In this document: positions 50,301-61,799 of the stretch, one piece after another
Position numbering within the stretch: position 1 is the stretch's first letter
Layout: the number at the start of each line of letters is the position of its first letter
Origin: Raillietiella orientalis
Taxonomy: Eukaryota
Assembly: GCA_036172245.1 (NCBI GenBank)
Contig: JAYWIR010000028.1
Location: 2,356,001 to 2,420,000 of the forward strand
Length of the DNA stretch: 64,000 nt
Direction: 5' to 3'
Translations under genes and position numbers: made by a program
The notes under the pieces: model-generated
What the model was told of the DNA's origin: nothing
What the model saw: the letters and a program-made list of their open reading frames with translations, nothing else
Database searches by the model: none

Positions 50301-53300
50301 GATGTAGCCACTCCGAAGTCACCGCTCGCGTCGGTCTTATTTGCACGGATTGGTTCAGCGATCTTCATCTCTCTCACTTCCTCAGCATCACGAACGGAAT
50401 GCGCGGACTTTCGCAGAGAGGAATTCCCCACAGACCGAAAGATGGCGCGCTAAGAAAACAAAAAGCGAAACGGAGGGCAGGGATCTTTTCGAGATGCGAT
50501 GTCTGAGCATGATGTTTGCGATCATGCCGATGTACCCCCTCATCCCCTGCGTGCCCGCTCATGGATTTGGAAATAAAAGTCTTCGATGGACTTCGGAGGG
50601 GGAGGGGGCGACAAGGCAGTCCATCCGCTGGGGTCCGATAGTAGGCCGTGTGGGCTTCAACGTGCAAGAAGTGGTAGCAGAGGACAAGAGGGATTTTCGT
50701 TTCATGGAACGATAATCAGGATGGCTTAAATAGCTGCCCAGCCTCCATGCGTCCCTTAGGAAACGTCTCCTTGGTAAGCCGAGTCTTCTCTTTCTTACGG
50801 CCCGTAACTTATGGGGCAAGATTTTTATAATTATTTTCCAGAAACAGTCGTAAAATACGCATTAAGAATTAACTGGATTGGAAGGAATGATTAACAAGAG
50901 ACGGAGGAATTAATTTGGAATTTAGTTTGCCAGTGCACTCGTGTATTCCGTTCTATGAATGTTTACTGTAAAAGCAAAGCAGTATTCGTATACATTCTTT
51001 CTATATAGGAATACACATTTTTGGTAATCATCCTAATAATTTAAAATTTATTTAAAGTTTTGTGTGACATCTGTCATTCATAGAACGAGAATCTCGAGCT
51101 TTAATTCACGAATACCAAATCTGCACAGAATGTGAATAGCCGTCACGGTGTTCCATGTACGAAGGGTTAATGAAAACTGGATAAAAATGCGCCTTATGAG
51201 AACCATTAAGAATCAGACGAGGGGCAAGCTGTGGTGTACACGTACGGAGCTTCAGGTCGAAATACAAAGGTAAGCAACTGGTTTATTGCCCCTGGGCTAG
51301 AAAGGGTTTGCTGTCAAAGAGTTTAACTGCAAGGTGCTGCAGGATAGGGGGCCATAAAGAATCACTGCAGAGGGAGCAGTTGGTACTGGTTGTACCTGAA
51401 ATTGCCCGTTCGACAGTTAGCATTCATTTCCGAGTTCACTTTATGAAAACAGAAGTCGACAAGAATCCGTTTATTTCGAACACCTTGTCGACGACGACGC
51501 GCAGAATTTCTTGGATGATGCGAACGCTGCCGACAGGGATTCAGTCGTGCTAAGGTTATTAGGGACAGTTTTCATGCTGGATTGCTCATTAGTTCTCATA
51601 TGACACGACGCACGTGGATCTGAAGAGGCGTAGTACGTCGCAGGAGGGCTGAGTTTCCAGCTTGAGAACAGCATGAATCAGTGACTATTAGGAAATTTTG
51701 CTAATTGTGTGTGCCAGAGGCTGAAGGTGGGAGTTGCACCCATGTGAGAGTATTTCTTATTTCTGAGAGAAAAAAAAAAAGGGGGGTGGGGGGGAAAAAA
51801 CAAGCTTATTGCGTTGTTGGTATGGAAGAAAATCGCAAGAGCAGCTGCTGACCTCATGTACCAAAGCGTACGTAGGAGTCTCTTTGATGCAAGAAGAAAC
51901 GGAGAGGGAAATGCTAATAATTTTTTGCGTTGCAGCACCATCGGTCCATCTCTACTCCTCCGAGAAACGCTCGCGCGCGCGCGCACTCGGGAATTCTCAG
52001 CTTGTGAGATGAAAATCAGAACGGGAATCCCGAACGGGAATTTTATCGGGAAACTGACGGATGCCGATTTTATGCTCATACTTGAAATTGCATCGCAAAG
52101 ATCGTCTGAGGCCTTTAGCATGCCGTACTGGAAATTGGCTCGCTCGGAAAAAATGAAAGATTATCATTTATCTTGCTCTTCGATTTTCTGCTCTCCGCTT
52201 CGAGTGGAGGTATTGGGAGTCATTACGAGTGCATCGTGAGCCGCTGAGTTCATCCCATGACGGATGTGAGTCTCACCACGGACCTCCGTTCTTGGAAGAA
52301 GATTTCGATTGCGGCCCATCCACGTGTATTCGCCCACAGCAGCCAAGGCGACGACTGCTCCGTGTCCGAATCCACGGAACACGGATGGATATCGTGCTCA
52401 CGATTTTGAGGGAAAGGGACTCTCTCCAAGCCATGATCCTCGAGACAATCCATAGCTGAATTGATAGATAGTGTTTGATTTTTTTTTTTTTGTTCGATTA
52501 GAGGCTTGAAAATTTTCTTGAAGAATTCGTAAAGGTGCCTGGAAAATCCGTGTGTCCAATCCAAGTTGATCCAAATTTTCCTGCGACACTTGAGAGTCGT
52601 CGTTTCACAAAACTGACGAGCGAGAATCGTCACCACTAATCCTCCTCCACGAGCTCGGCTGATCCGTCTGAAGAACTGATCCTCCACCTCAGAACACCAA
52701 AAGAACTTCCTACTGTCATTCACGAGGAGAGGGGAAACGGGAAAAAAGAAACAAAGGGATTCCCGAGAGCAGCAGCGGGTGTCCTCCAGAAACCCATCCG
52801 CTTCCCCGCTCCTCTGCGAGCATCACACGCAAAGCTGTGACGGAAAGGATGGTTCGGACTCCACGAGAGCACCGATGGATGCGGGGCGACGAGCATCGCG
52901 AGCCGACTGAACATCAGAACACCTCCGATCGATGCGAGGAACGGACGAAACTCGTGCGAGGTGGAAAATGCAGCTGCGAGCCCACCCTGAAACCGATCCA
53001 AGATTCGGTCCGTCTTCCTCCGGGAAGATGCGATCCCAACCCCTTGCTCTGCAGGGCTCTGGGAACAGAGCCTCGCTATTAGGACTCCCAACAGGAACTG
53101 TGCACATTTGGATCCTCCTTACCGCTTCGGGGACATACCTCGCTTGCTCCTCGCTTGTCGCAGGGATTCCCGCGAACGGCGAATCCTTCCCTACGGATCC
53201 CTTAACTTCTCAAAATAGATCGCTGGGAACACTGACAACGACGCAGCAGGCTTAAGAGATCGTGGCACCACCAGCGTGCAAAAGCGATATTTCACAAATC

Positions 53301-56300
53301 ATGGAACGCTTCCACTTCCGCTGGAGTTCCAGGTGGATGAGTTTCAATTGACGTAGGGACCGGTTAAGCAGATGCGCGTTCCTCAAGCTTTCCCGAGTTT
53401 CGAAGGAATCCAAAAGTGTCGCTCTGCCACACCCTTCCGATGCGAAATTCCTGTCGTGTGGTTTCCTTTGAATTCCTGTTGAAAATGCCTCTTTTGACGA
53501 AAGTGTCCCTCTCGTTATAGAATTCAAAAGCGGCAGCAGCGACAACGGGAAGAACGGATATCTCGCGAGGGTATACGGAGTAGGAGGGCAACCACCCAGG
53601 AATGTTTCAGCACATCGGAGTCAAGGTCCAGCAGCAGCACCAAAGCAGCAAACATTAGCTAGTGGAAGGAGATGATCAGATGCTCTGCATTCCTAGAGCT
53701 GTTTGCCTACAAAGTACCACGGCTAATCCAACTGCGGTAAGGATGCAACCGGAGCGTTTGCTGGGTTGCCGAGTGCAAAAGACACGATGAGAAATTCACC
53801 AAGGAGCGAAAACATACCTGGTGTACCGTACAGAACAGCAACCTATACGGAGAGCAGAATCTCAATCTACTCTCTATCAATCAGACGGACACTTGCGTGC
53901 TCTTGAGGATCAAGAAGTCGCTAGAAGAAAAAGACAACAGGAATGCAAAATTTCCTCTCTTGACACGCTTCTCATTGCCGAATACTATAGAACACCTTTT
54001 TCTCGGAGAAGATTCCACTCCTGCCGATGTCCCTCAACACTTCGTTAGGTAATTGCAGTAAATGAGACCACACAATTAACTGAGTACAAGTAGCCTGCTT
54101 TGACACGAACGGGAAGCGCTCAAGCAATAAGTGTCAAGAGCCCATTAGCTTTTCTCAAGTGAATACTTCAAAATGGACTGCGAGAAATCCACTGGAACAA
54201 TCGAAAGAGCCAATTGGTCCTTTTACTGCTGCAGAAAACCATGGAAACCAATTCCCGAGGAAAGGTGGACGGGTAAAAGGGAAAAAGCGCGAAGGCTTCG
54301 GTTTTAAGGAGTGAACTCGGAATATCCGGTGAATCTCATGGAAAGATAATTGAGTTCCTATAGGGAACAAAGTTCATTATTCCTGATTAAGGCAATTTGT
54401 CAAGTTGATTTCTTTGAGTTTTGGAACGATGCACGTACTTTACTGGATGCGTTTGTAATGACTAAGCGTACCCAATGTGTGTGGGGACAACGCGGTGGGA
54501 GGGAATTGCGAGAACAGGTCGTGCGCGCAAGCGCAGAGTCGCCTGGAGGGAGTTCGAAGACGACGGCTTTCTTAACCGAGGTGGTTCGTGCACCGAGGTC
54601 TCTCAAACAGGATGGCAGTCGGGACTCTGGATATAAAATTCCCGAGATCGTTGAGGAATCCCATGATCTATCGAGATGGGGACGAATCTAAACTGGGGAA
54701 TTTCATCTTTGGCAAAAGTTGGGCGCCTGCCGAATTCAGCCAGAGGAACCGTCGCCGAAAAGACGGAAAGCGGAAGAGGTTCGGGAAGAGTCGGAATACG
54801 GACAAGGGGAGGTTTTCAAATCCGGAGAATAAATTTTCGAATTGCAGCCTCATACTTTGACTTCTGGTGACGGACATGACATGACCCACAAAATGATTAA
54901 CGGAATCGTCTCGGAGAGAGAGAGATCGGGCATGCTTATGGTAATTTGCAAGATGGAACGCAAGAGCTAGAAAGAAGTTCCTGATGCTTCGCAAGAAGGG
55001 TCGAGAGTCCTTCAGGGTGTCCTCTCTGGAAAAGAGACCCAGGAGTCTCTCAGGAAGCATCTGCATCTTTCATCCAAGAAAAACCCAAGCTGCTCACTTT
55101 CGAATTGCAAAATGAGGAAACGCATGCACGTCGGTACATAATCTGTCCGTTCATCCTGCGAGGTGCAATTATCAATCAGGAGTAATATCTTGACATGAAC
55201 ACCGAGATGCATCCTCCGCTTGGTCTTGCCACTGCCGTCTCTTAACGAACGCGAGGGCGATTTCAGTCCTTTCTTCGCGAGCTGCTGATGACGGAGGAGG
55301 CCCATGTGAACGCGAAGAAAGCTTTCTTTGCTTCCAACCGTTCTTTGACACCGTTGTCGACGAGACTCGGATGTGCTTCGAGGAGATGGGAGCGATTCTT
55401 GCTACAGCTTCCCTGATAGTCACTCAACTGTTTCCCTTCTTTCTTTTCGAGATGCTTTCTGTGAGAAACTCAGAGGAACACGAGTTGGCATCCCACAGAT
55501 GTCATTTTTTTCGCTTCAGTGGAAAATTCATTAGCTTAGCGTAGCACCACCTCTAATGATGATGCGACCTCATGTTTTGAGGTGGACCGACTTGCTCATC
55601 AATACTTTTTTTCTTGGCAAAAGACATAGGTGATGGAAGATCATTTCGAGTGAAATGAAGATGCGGACTCGAGAGTGCATTCCTTCTTTGGCAGTGCATG
55701 TCACGCAATGTCTTTTCGCTCCGTCTTAATCTTTTGTCTTAATTTCGAGAAGATTTTTTTTGTTGTTTTTTTTTTTTTTTTCGGGAACATAATCAAAAGG
55801 AAAGATCACTGCAGCAGAAGAATAGTGGGACCACATGATTTCCAGGAAGGAAACAACGGATATCCTTCACTGCAAAAGGGATTAAGCCTTAACAAGGGAA
55901 GGCGATACGGCAGCTCTAATAGCCACAACCATAATTAGTAAAAGAGCAAAAGCAAAGGGAAACACTGTGTCTCCGAAAAACTCTTCGCCGCGATGGCAAG
56001 GCTTTCCATTGGATGCAAGATGAGGATGCAGTGCGTGGAATCCCTGATTTGTTTTGCATCCTGGTTTCTTCGATCTGGAATTTTCCGGCGAAAACACGTT
56101 CGGAGGACTTCACGGGATGATTGTTTTCTGAGATGGGCATTGGCGTTCGAACGTGAAGGTGAAGCTGCGGAAGAGTGATGGGTTGCACCGTTTGGATCAG
56201 AACGGAATCCGCAGTGGCTGACTCTTTGCATGGAAAGAGATGTCCATCGCTGGAGGAAACACGAACGAGAGGAAAGTGTTCGTGCCGACAGCAGCAAGAA

Positions 56301-59300
56301 ATATGCCTCAGTAAGTCGAGTCTACGATTTTCCGTTTGCTCCGCTGAGGATTCTGTATCTCCAGGATTCCAGAAACGGTGAATTTTTTTTGTTTTTGTGT
56401 GTGTGCGTGCGCGTTTGTTTGTGTGAACCAAGAAATCCTTTTATTCCTTTGAAAGAGGAAAACATTCGCACAGCTCTACTTTAAGAGGGTGACCCCGAAA
56501 TATTTTTTCCTTCCCTCACGTGAGTGTGAATTCATTCGTTATGTGTACTCATCTATGGATCCTCTTGAGGGTGCAACTCGTTGAGGATGGGTTTCGATGG
56601 GAGCCTCACCCACTTCTGATACAGAGCTGGAGATGACCCAAGAGGAAGGCAGACCGCGCCGAATTTCAAGCATCTAGCGAAAAAGGGTCCGAGGTCGTGT
56701 GTGTGTGGCACGAGGAAGGAACGAAACGGATGCTTCAGCCACCGAGTCGAAACATCCTGGAAGTGCGCGAGAAGGAAGATTCGAGAGGAAGAGCACGCAA
56801 ACAGCGCGGCTCGGTCACACAGCCTCCGAAATCGAAGCGGAGCAGACACGGGGAAGGTTTCTTCTCTCAGGGAAAGGAGCGAGCACGTTCCCGAGGCACA
56901 CCGCTAATCCCAGAAGAGCGGCCGCCATGTAAAATCGATGCCCGCTGCGATCTCTGTGCCATTAGGAACCGCGTTGAACGGATGGTGTTTGCGACTGAGT
57001 GATGAAAACCTGTGATTTTGCGATCAACGAAAGCACACAGAAACTCCACGATTGAAGGACTCGAACGCGGGAAGGCACCTGATCGTTTTTTTTCCTGGAT
57101 CGAACGCTGTCCAGGAGATCGTTCCTTCCAGCCCTGGAATACGGGAGGGCGCAATCACTCAGTGTTTACCCAGCTTTATGAGACACGAAACCCGTAATCT
57201 TGAGATCCTTTGACTCGAGTTACGAAGTGATGCAATTTGAGGGAGTCTCATTTTTAAGGCAGGGGATCATATCTAATTAATGCCGCTGGTGAGATTCTGA
57301 ATTTACAATTCAGGTCAGGTACTCAGGTTCAGTACGTTGAGGGAGATTATTGTCCCTGGCGACTGTCATCATCAGCATGGATATTTACATATATATATAT
57401 ATATATACATATCCAGATAGTTGGACTGATGATGACAGTCCTCCGATGATGATGATGACTGATGTGCGTGTTTGTTCCTGCCTGTCCTGTTGAGATCGTC
57501 ACTGCCGCGTAGGTTTCCCTGGCAATGGGATGTTTGACTTCGTTTTTCGCAAATGGATAACGGTGACAAAGACCAGGACCCGTTTTTGCAGAGATGCTCA
57601 GCTTCTCGTAAAATCTTCACTTTACATGTCACTCGAAATGCTTCCGGAACAAGGTATGTGGACTTTCGATCGGTTTCCGGATGCAGCAGGAGACCGCCTG
57701 CACGCCAACTGTTCAGAGGAAGGCACGAAGAACCAGTAATCGTCCCGATGGCCGTGAGGCTTGAAGAGTCGAACGACTCGAACCCGTCCCCCCCAAAAGA
57801 TCAGAGGGAAGACGGTTTTTTTTTCGAAGCGTCGCAGTTGGTCGTGCAGAGCACCCAGGGAAACTCGGGATGAATTTCAGCAGTGGCATCCGGCTCGATT
57901 CCTCGAACGGAAAGCCATCCCGGGCGTTTCCTGCCACCCGAAGAAGCGTCGTTTCGTCGAGAGCCGGCTGACCATCGAAGGCGCCCTCGCGGAATCGAGT
58001 GCAGGGGGTGACCAGCGGTGACGAGCTGCCAGCCAACTCGTAAGCATCTCCCGGCAGTGTGCGTTTCGACAACACCTTTCTGGAGACGCGGCCGACGGGT
58101 GTCGCGATGGAGGAGAAAGTGGGAGGCGCCGGGGGCTACTGACGTAACCGGATGGGAACAGCGACTCGCGACTTCTGGAAGGAGGCGTTCCTCCCGTCCA
58201 GCCGCGTGTGTTGTCGGCGTTCCTCTTTGCGGAGCCTGGAGCAAATATAAATCGACTGCGCTAGGGAATAAAGATGGATACTCGCCTACCAAGGGGAAGA
58301 GGAGGAGATAATAAGAAACGACAGAGAGCCCTCGTGGACTCTGATCTATGGCCCTAATTAATTAAGAGCTCTTGGAAGGCCCCTTTTAATTGAATATTTA
58401 ATGGATTCACTGTCTGTATCCTTCTGCCTATTCTTGGGACGCGATGACAGGATCTGCTGATTGCTTTTCAATGTGAGGTCGGTGTAGGGAGGAGCTCCCG
58501 CAATTGTGGGCCTACGAACTCTCAACTAGGAGTCTGTGGAAGGAGGGGGGGAAGGGAGGTTACGCAGCGCAAAGCGTGCACCAGTAGGATGAGAGGAACT
58601 GGTCTTCGGGATGGTTCCGCAATTATGAAAGGACGTCCCCTGCTGCGTAGTGTCTCAGGAGGAGGATGGAGGTCAATGCTGTCGGGCTGCTCCCTTCCCG
58701 AAGGTGGAAGGGAGGAAAAAGGCTTCGTGAGACTGCCAGGTGCAGCGAGGTCGCCTCTGTCTTTGAGTCGAACGGCGCCAAAGGCATCCACGTCTCCGGT
58801 GTGGAGCGGCCTCGCCCAAGAGCTCATGTCTGGATGCTTCCTTGCTACGACTCCTTCCCTCTTACTCTGGGACCGCATGGGCCCGAAGCTAAGCACGCGA
58901 GGCTGCTCTCAAGGGTCCCAAAGAAAAGACTACCGAGCCAGACCCGCCTCTTGTTTCCTGGAACGTCTCACGCAGCAATCTGGAGGAAGGCACAGAAGAA
59001 GGAGGCAAGGCTAAGCTGCTCAGAATTGCTTCGTCTCCGGCAACGAAGGATGCTCCCTTCTGCCCATGGGACAGCGCGCGTCAGATTCGGCAGTTCCACG
59101 CCAGGAAAAGGCAGAACGGAACCCTTGGAGCGCTCAGGGAGACAGTTGGATCCGGTGCTGTCGAGGGTGTCGACGCAGGACGGTTCTCCCTCCCGGCCCA
59201 CGCGATGTGCATCCCCGCGAGTCCGCTCCGAGGGCACCGCTGCCCTCGCTCCCATGGCAGTCTGCCCCGGCTTTGCCTCGGACGATTCGCCAGGAGCGTC

Positions 59301-59460
59301 GCGCTTCCGAGGCTTGCGAGCAGCCAGAGGAATGCGTCCCTCCCGTTACCTGTGCAGGAAAAGCACCTCCACGTCCACATCTTCCCTGTCCTCGTGGAGA
59401 AAGTCCTTCAGGAAGTGAGAGACGGACTCATACGTAATGTGACCGCACACCACAATGTGC
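35051..59460 (-). CDS. slo: Calcium-activated BK potassium channel alpha subunit (slowpoke), 3' part (RCK1-RCK2 gating ring); 5' exons outside window
   Basis: Spliced translation gives [63 protein letters not shown] and the calcium bowl [24 protein letters not shown]. Listed exons have AG/GT boundaries and compatible phases, except for one phase 1->2 linker exon that is only tentatively placed. Confidence 0.98.
35453..35565 (-). CDS. slo: slo exon (113 nt)
   Basis: ccag|ACG TAC...TAC AG|gtgagc; [38 protein letters not shown]. Confidence 0.96.
35610..35746 (-). CDS. slo: slo exon encoding the calcium bowl (137 nt)
   Basis: tcag|AG CTC...TCC ACG|gtatgg; [46 protein letters not shown]. Confidence 0.97.
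35801..36068 (-). CDS. slo: slo exon (268 nt)
   Basis: acag|GGA TCT...ACC G|gtgagg; [20 protein letters not shown]...GSNVPMIT. Confidence 0.96.
36133..36529 (-). CDS. slo: slo exon, start of RCK2 (397 nt)
   Basis: caag|G CCC ACG...CTG AAC|gtaagg; PTSR...[27 protein letters not shown]...[11 protein letters not shown]. Confidence 0.95.
36582..36641 (-). CDS. slo: slo cassette exon (site I-like; 60 nt, phase 2-2)
   Basis: ccag|G TCA CAG...CTT AT|gtaagt; [20 protein letters not shown] resembles insect ...YQLAYEVKKLM preceding PTSR. Confidence 0.82.
37894..38550 (+). mobile_element. tRNA-headed SINE-like element, copy 3 (slo intron)
   Basis: Perfect T-arm GTGGG-TTCGAAT-CCCAC at 37941-37957; body collinear with copy 1. 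Confidence 0.8.
38767..39115 (-). CDS. slo: Candidate slo RCK1-RCK2 linker exon (phase 1->2); possible internal acceptor at 38809
   Basis: A phase 1->2 exon is required between 44852 and 36641. An open frame runs from ttttgcag|TA TTC GCT ([14 protein letters not shown]...) or tcttttttcag|CT GCG ([14 protein letters not shown]) to CG|gtgcac. Donor is weak and sequence similarity is slight. Confidence 0.35.
41350..42750 (-). mobile_element. hAT-like transposase relic in slo intron
   Basis: AACSLL...[12 protein letters not shown] (CxxH-like), RTTWN (TRWN-like), VVPSEAAE in hAT order. Confidence 0.4.
43050..43790 (-). mobile_element. Second possible hAT relic
   Basis: DDKAVPV (TDNA-like) followed by GCAHVLQ. 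Confidence 0.25.
44852..44902 (-). CDS. slo: slo cassette exon (site G-like; 51 nt, phase 1-1)
   Basis: ctag|TG GCA CTG...GCA A|gtacgt; (L)[16 protein letters not shown] resembles the insect slo cassette LATFRKGVRAVQMVGRA. Confidence 0.85.
45246..45322 (-). CDS. slo: slo exon with CxxCH heme-binding motif (77 nt)
   Basis: ccag|G GTC TGG...CAG T|gtgagt; [25 protein letters not shown]. Confidence 0.94.
45379..45534 (-). CDS. slo: slo exon (156 nt)
   Basis: tcag|A GTT TGT...AAG AG|gtaggc; [52 protein letters not shown]. Confidence 0.95.
45919..46031 (-). CDS. slo: slo mutually exclusive exon E2 (113 nt, phase 0-2)
   Basis: gtag|TCT CCT...TCT GA|gtaagt; [38 protein letters not shown]. Same length and phase as E1; absent from the ORF track. 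Confidence 0.94.
46393..46505 (-). CDS. slo: slo mutually exclusive exon E1 (113 nt, phase 0-2)
   Basis: tcag|TCT CTA...GCA GA|gtaagt; [38 protein letters not shown]. Confidence 0.92.
46622..46777 (-). CDS. slo: slo exon (156 nt)
   Basis: gcag|GCC TAC...AAA ACG|gtaccc; [52 protein letters not shown]. Confidence 0.96.
46840..46992 (-). CDS. slo: slo exon (153 nt)
   Basis: atag|GTC CAC...AAC AAG|gtgggt; [51 protein letters not shown]. Confidence 0.96.
47091..47196 (-). CDS. slo: slo exon (equivalent to Drosophila site C; 106 nt)
   Basis: tcag|G AAA CCT...GTG AGG|gtaagt; [35 protein letters not shown]. Confidence 0.96.
47749..48460 (-). mobile_element. tRNA-headed SINE-like element, copy 4 (slo intron)
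   Basis: B box GGGTTCGAATCCC at 48421-48433 (minus); same body and 3' end cttcgtgagtc. Confidence 0.8.
48600..50800 (-). mobile_element. Degenerate jockey-like LINE RT relic in slo intron
   Basis: [16 protein letters not shown] and [19 protein letters not shown] in RT order; boundaries approximate. Confidence 0.45.
55080..55330 (-). mobile_element. pogo/Tigger DDE transposase relic
   Basis: EERTEIAL / DGSGKTK followed by [11 protein letters not shown]. Confidence 0.5.
57388..57463. repeat. (AT)n and (GAT)n microsatellites
   Basis: Direct reading. Confidence 0.85.
59350..59460 (-). CDS. slo: slo exon, start of RCK1 (111 nt, phase 2-2)
   Basis: ccag|G CAC ATT...CAC AG|gtaacg; [37 protein letters not shown]. 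Confidence 0.96.
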
Positions 59461-61799
59461 CTGGAAGGAAAAAAGGGGGGATTTAAAAAACCGAGGAAGG
59501 AACGTTGCCTTGGAAGGGGAGGGGGATGATCACTAGGGTCCCAACTCTTCCAGGAACTGTCTGCCTCCCGCAAGCTGTTCCTCCTCGTACGGAGACAGAG
59601 CACAGCACCTGGAGGAAAAATGCTCCAGAGAGAAAATTATCCCGATCTCCAATGAAGGTGAAACGGAGATAGGAACCGCGGTCCTTCCTATCTTGAGGAC
59701 CTCCAGCAACCGAAGCGGAGTGAAGCTCTCGCCGACAGAGCCGCTCGGCATCGGATCTAGGCACTCCTGAGCCTCGGGGCTACGGACGTCCTTACGAAAC
59801 TCAAGGGTGGAGTGGAAGGGAGGCGAGGGAAGAGATACTCGGTTCCCCTGATTGCGAGGGCGTTGGTTGTGCCGGAACAAAGCCCCATCCCCCAGTTAGC
59901 AAGGGAACTCTGTCGTTAGGGAAAATTCAGGAGCTACAGAACGGCGCCGTCATCTGCAACGGGGGGGAGAGGAGACGGGAGCGTCTTTGCTGCTGCTGCA
60001 ACATGCGAGCCGTGTAACTTGCAGCTCATCTGAAGGGTCGTTCCCTCCCCGGAAGTAGTATCCCTCGAGATGCAGGGGCTTAGAATGGCCCCCACATCGG
60101 GGGCTTCCAGCCTTCCGCTCCCTTGGAGACTTTCCGCTGGCTGTGCTGGCACCGTTTGCGACCCGCGGAGGGCCTGCAAGGCTCCAGCGTAGCAGTGAGC
60201 GGGAGGCGCAGGGAAAAGTAGCAGGGAGGCTTTCCGGGATGAGCTGCGCGCAAGCGCGCGTGCCGAGCATCCCGGAGCCCCTGGAAGGTTTCGGGTGCTG
60301 CCGCGACCGCGGCAGCCTCGGTGCTTCCGCGGCGCGCACGTGCTCTACTCAGCAGAAGGGAGGGGCGAGGGAGGGAAGGAGCTAGGGAAAAGAAAAGACG
60401 AAGGCTTTGGAAAGGACGAGGTGGGGAGGGCGAAGGAGGAAGATAGGAGGAAGGGGGTCAGGCTCTTCTGCCTTGGCTATCCAGATGGGGACAAAGCGGA
60501 GGAGTGCGTGGAAGGAAGAGGAACAGTGGTACGAAGAAGGTGTCCAGGAAGGAGAGCGAACGATCGAGCTGACCCCTCCTCCTCCCTTTCCATCTCCTCC
60601 TTCCTTCATCTCGTGAGGTTTTGCGCTCACGATTGTTTTTTTCCCCTCCCGGTGGTTCCCCGACGACGGATGCCGTGCGAGCGCCTCCGTCCGTCCCCGG
60701 GGACTCGCCCTCTCTCTCCCGAATTCTTCCGCGGGATCGAGCGGCAGCAGCAGAAAGGGAAGAGTGGGGGAAGAAGAGGGGGGAGTGTGAGGGGGAGGCG
60801 GAACTCTTCGGGACTCGAGTGACGATGATCGATGCGGAAGAGACGCCGGGGGAGAGAATTTTCTTCCTTTCTCTGGATTTTCGCCTGTCGTCGGCTCCCC
60901 CCTCCCCTCTTTCTTCTCCTCCCCCGCGCGCTTTTGCTCCCCCTTCTCTCCCGATCGACCTCTCCGCGCTCTCCAGCTCGCGCTGCAACGTTGTACAGCA
61001 GAAGGCGGCGTAAGGGGAGCGCGAAGGGGCATAAGACACGCAGGAAAGAGAGAAAAAGGAAAAGGAAGGGTAGGTGGGGGTGATAGAGGAGGGCAGCAGA
61101 CGATTTTTGCTCCTCTATCTCTTCCTTTCTTACTCCTTTCGCTCTGCTTCCCCTTCGAGATTCCGCGTTCTTGGATTTCCATCCCATGGACCAGAAAGAA
61201 CGATGCCTGAAATCCTGGAGACGGACCGTGGGCATTCAGGAGAAGAAGCGAAGAAATTTCCCAGGACGCTGGTCAGGCGCTCCTGAGAATCCACTTTGAT
61301 AGGGCTAAAATAGGTTAGCTCTGGGCGGAGGACAAGCGTGCGCTTTGCGGAGACCGGCGCTCGAAGAGCGGAAGTTTTCCTGTTTGCCCACCTTCCCGTT
61401 GGCAGCAGGGCGGGGCTGGCGTTGCTCCGCTCCCGGTCGAGATGCGCAGCGCTGCACGAGTGCACTGAGACCGCCTCTTCCCTGCCCTTCTTCCTCCAGC
61501 CCTTGGGACGGCCCTTAGACGTGTCTGAGGAAGGTCTGCTGCCTTCCACCGCGAATGCGCAACTCCTCGGATGCTCCATGCCATTGAAGTTTCTTCCGCG
61601 ACGTCGGCTGAACCCTCGGAGAGAGCCAGAGGGTCACGGGTCCTTTGCGAGTCAGATGTGGGAGGTCCGCGATGCCCCACGAAAGTCCTATTTCAAAGAG
61701 CACATGGTAGGCGTTTAAGAAGACGCACGAAAGAAGGGGAGGGGATATGTGGGAACCATGAGCTTGACCTTTCGCTCTCGGGAGTAACCCCAGAATTAG

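Noticed and set aside
47197..59349. A second, mutually exclusive copy of the [10 protein letters not shown] exon (Drosophila C1/C2)
   Set aside because: No paralogous exon found by eye in the 12-kb intron; TBLASTN with the exon peptide would settle it.
60295..61235. Overlapping 175-266 aa ORFs
   Set aside because: Purine/pyrimidine-skewed low-complexity intron sequence that is open in most frames.
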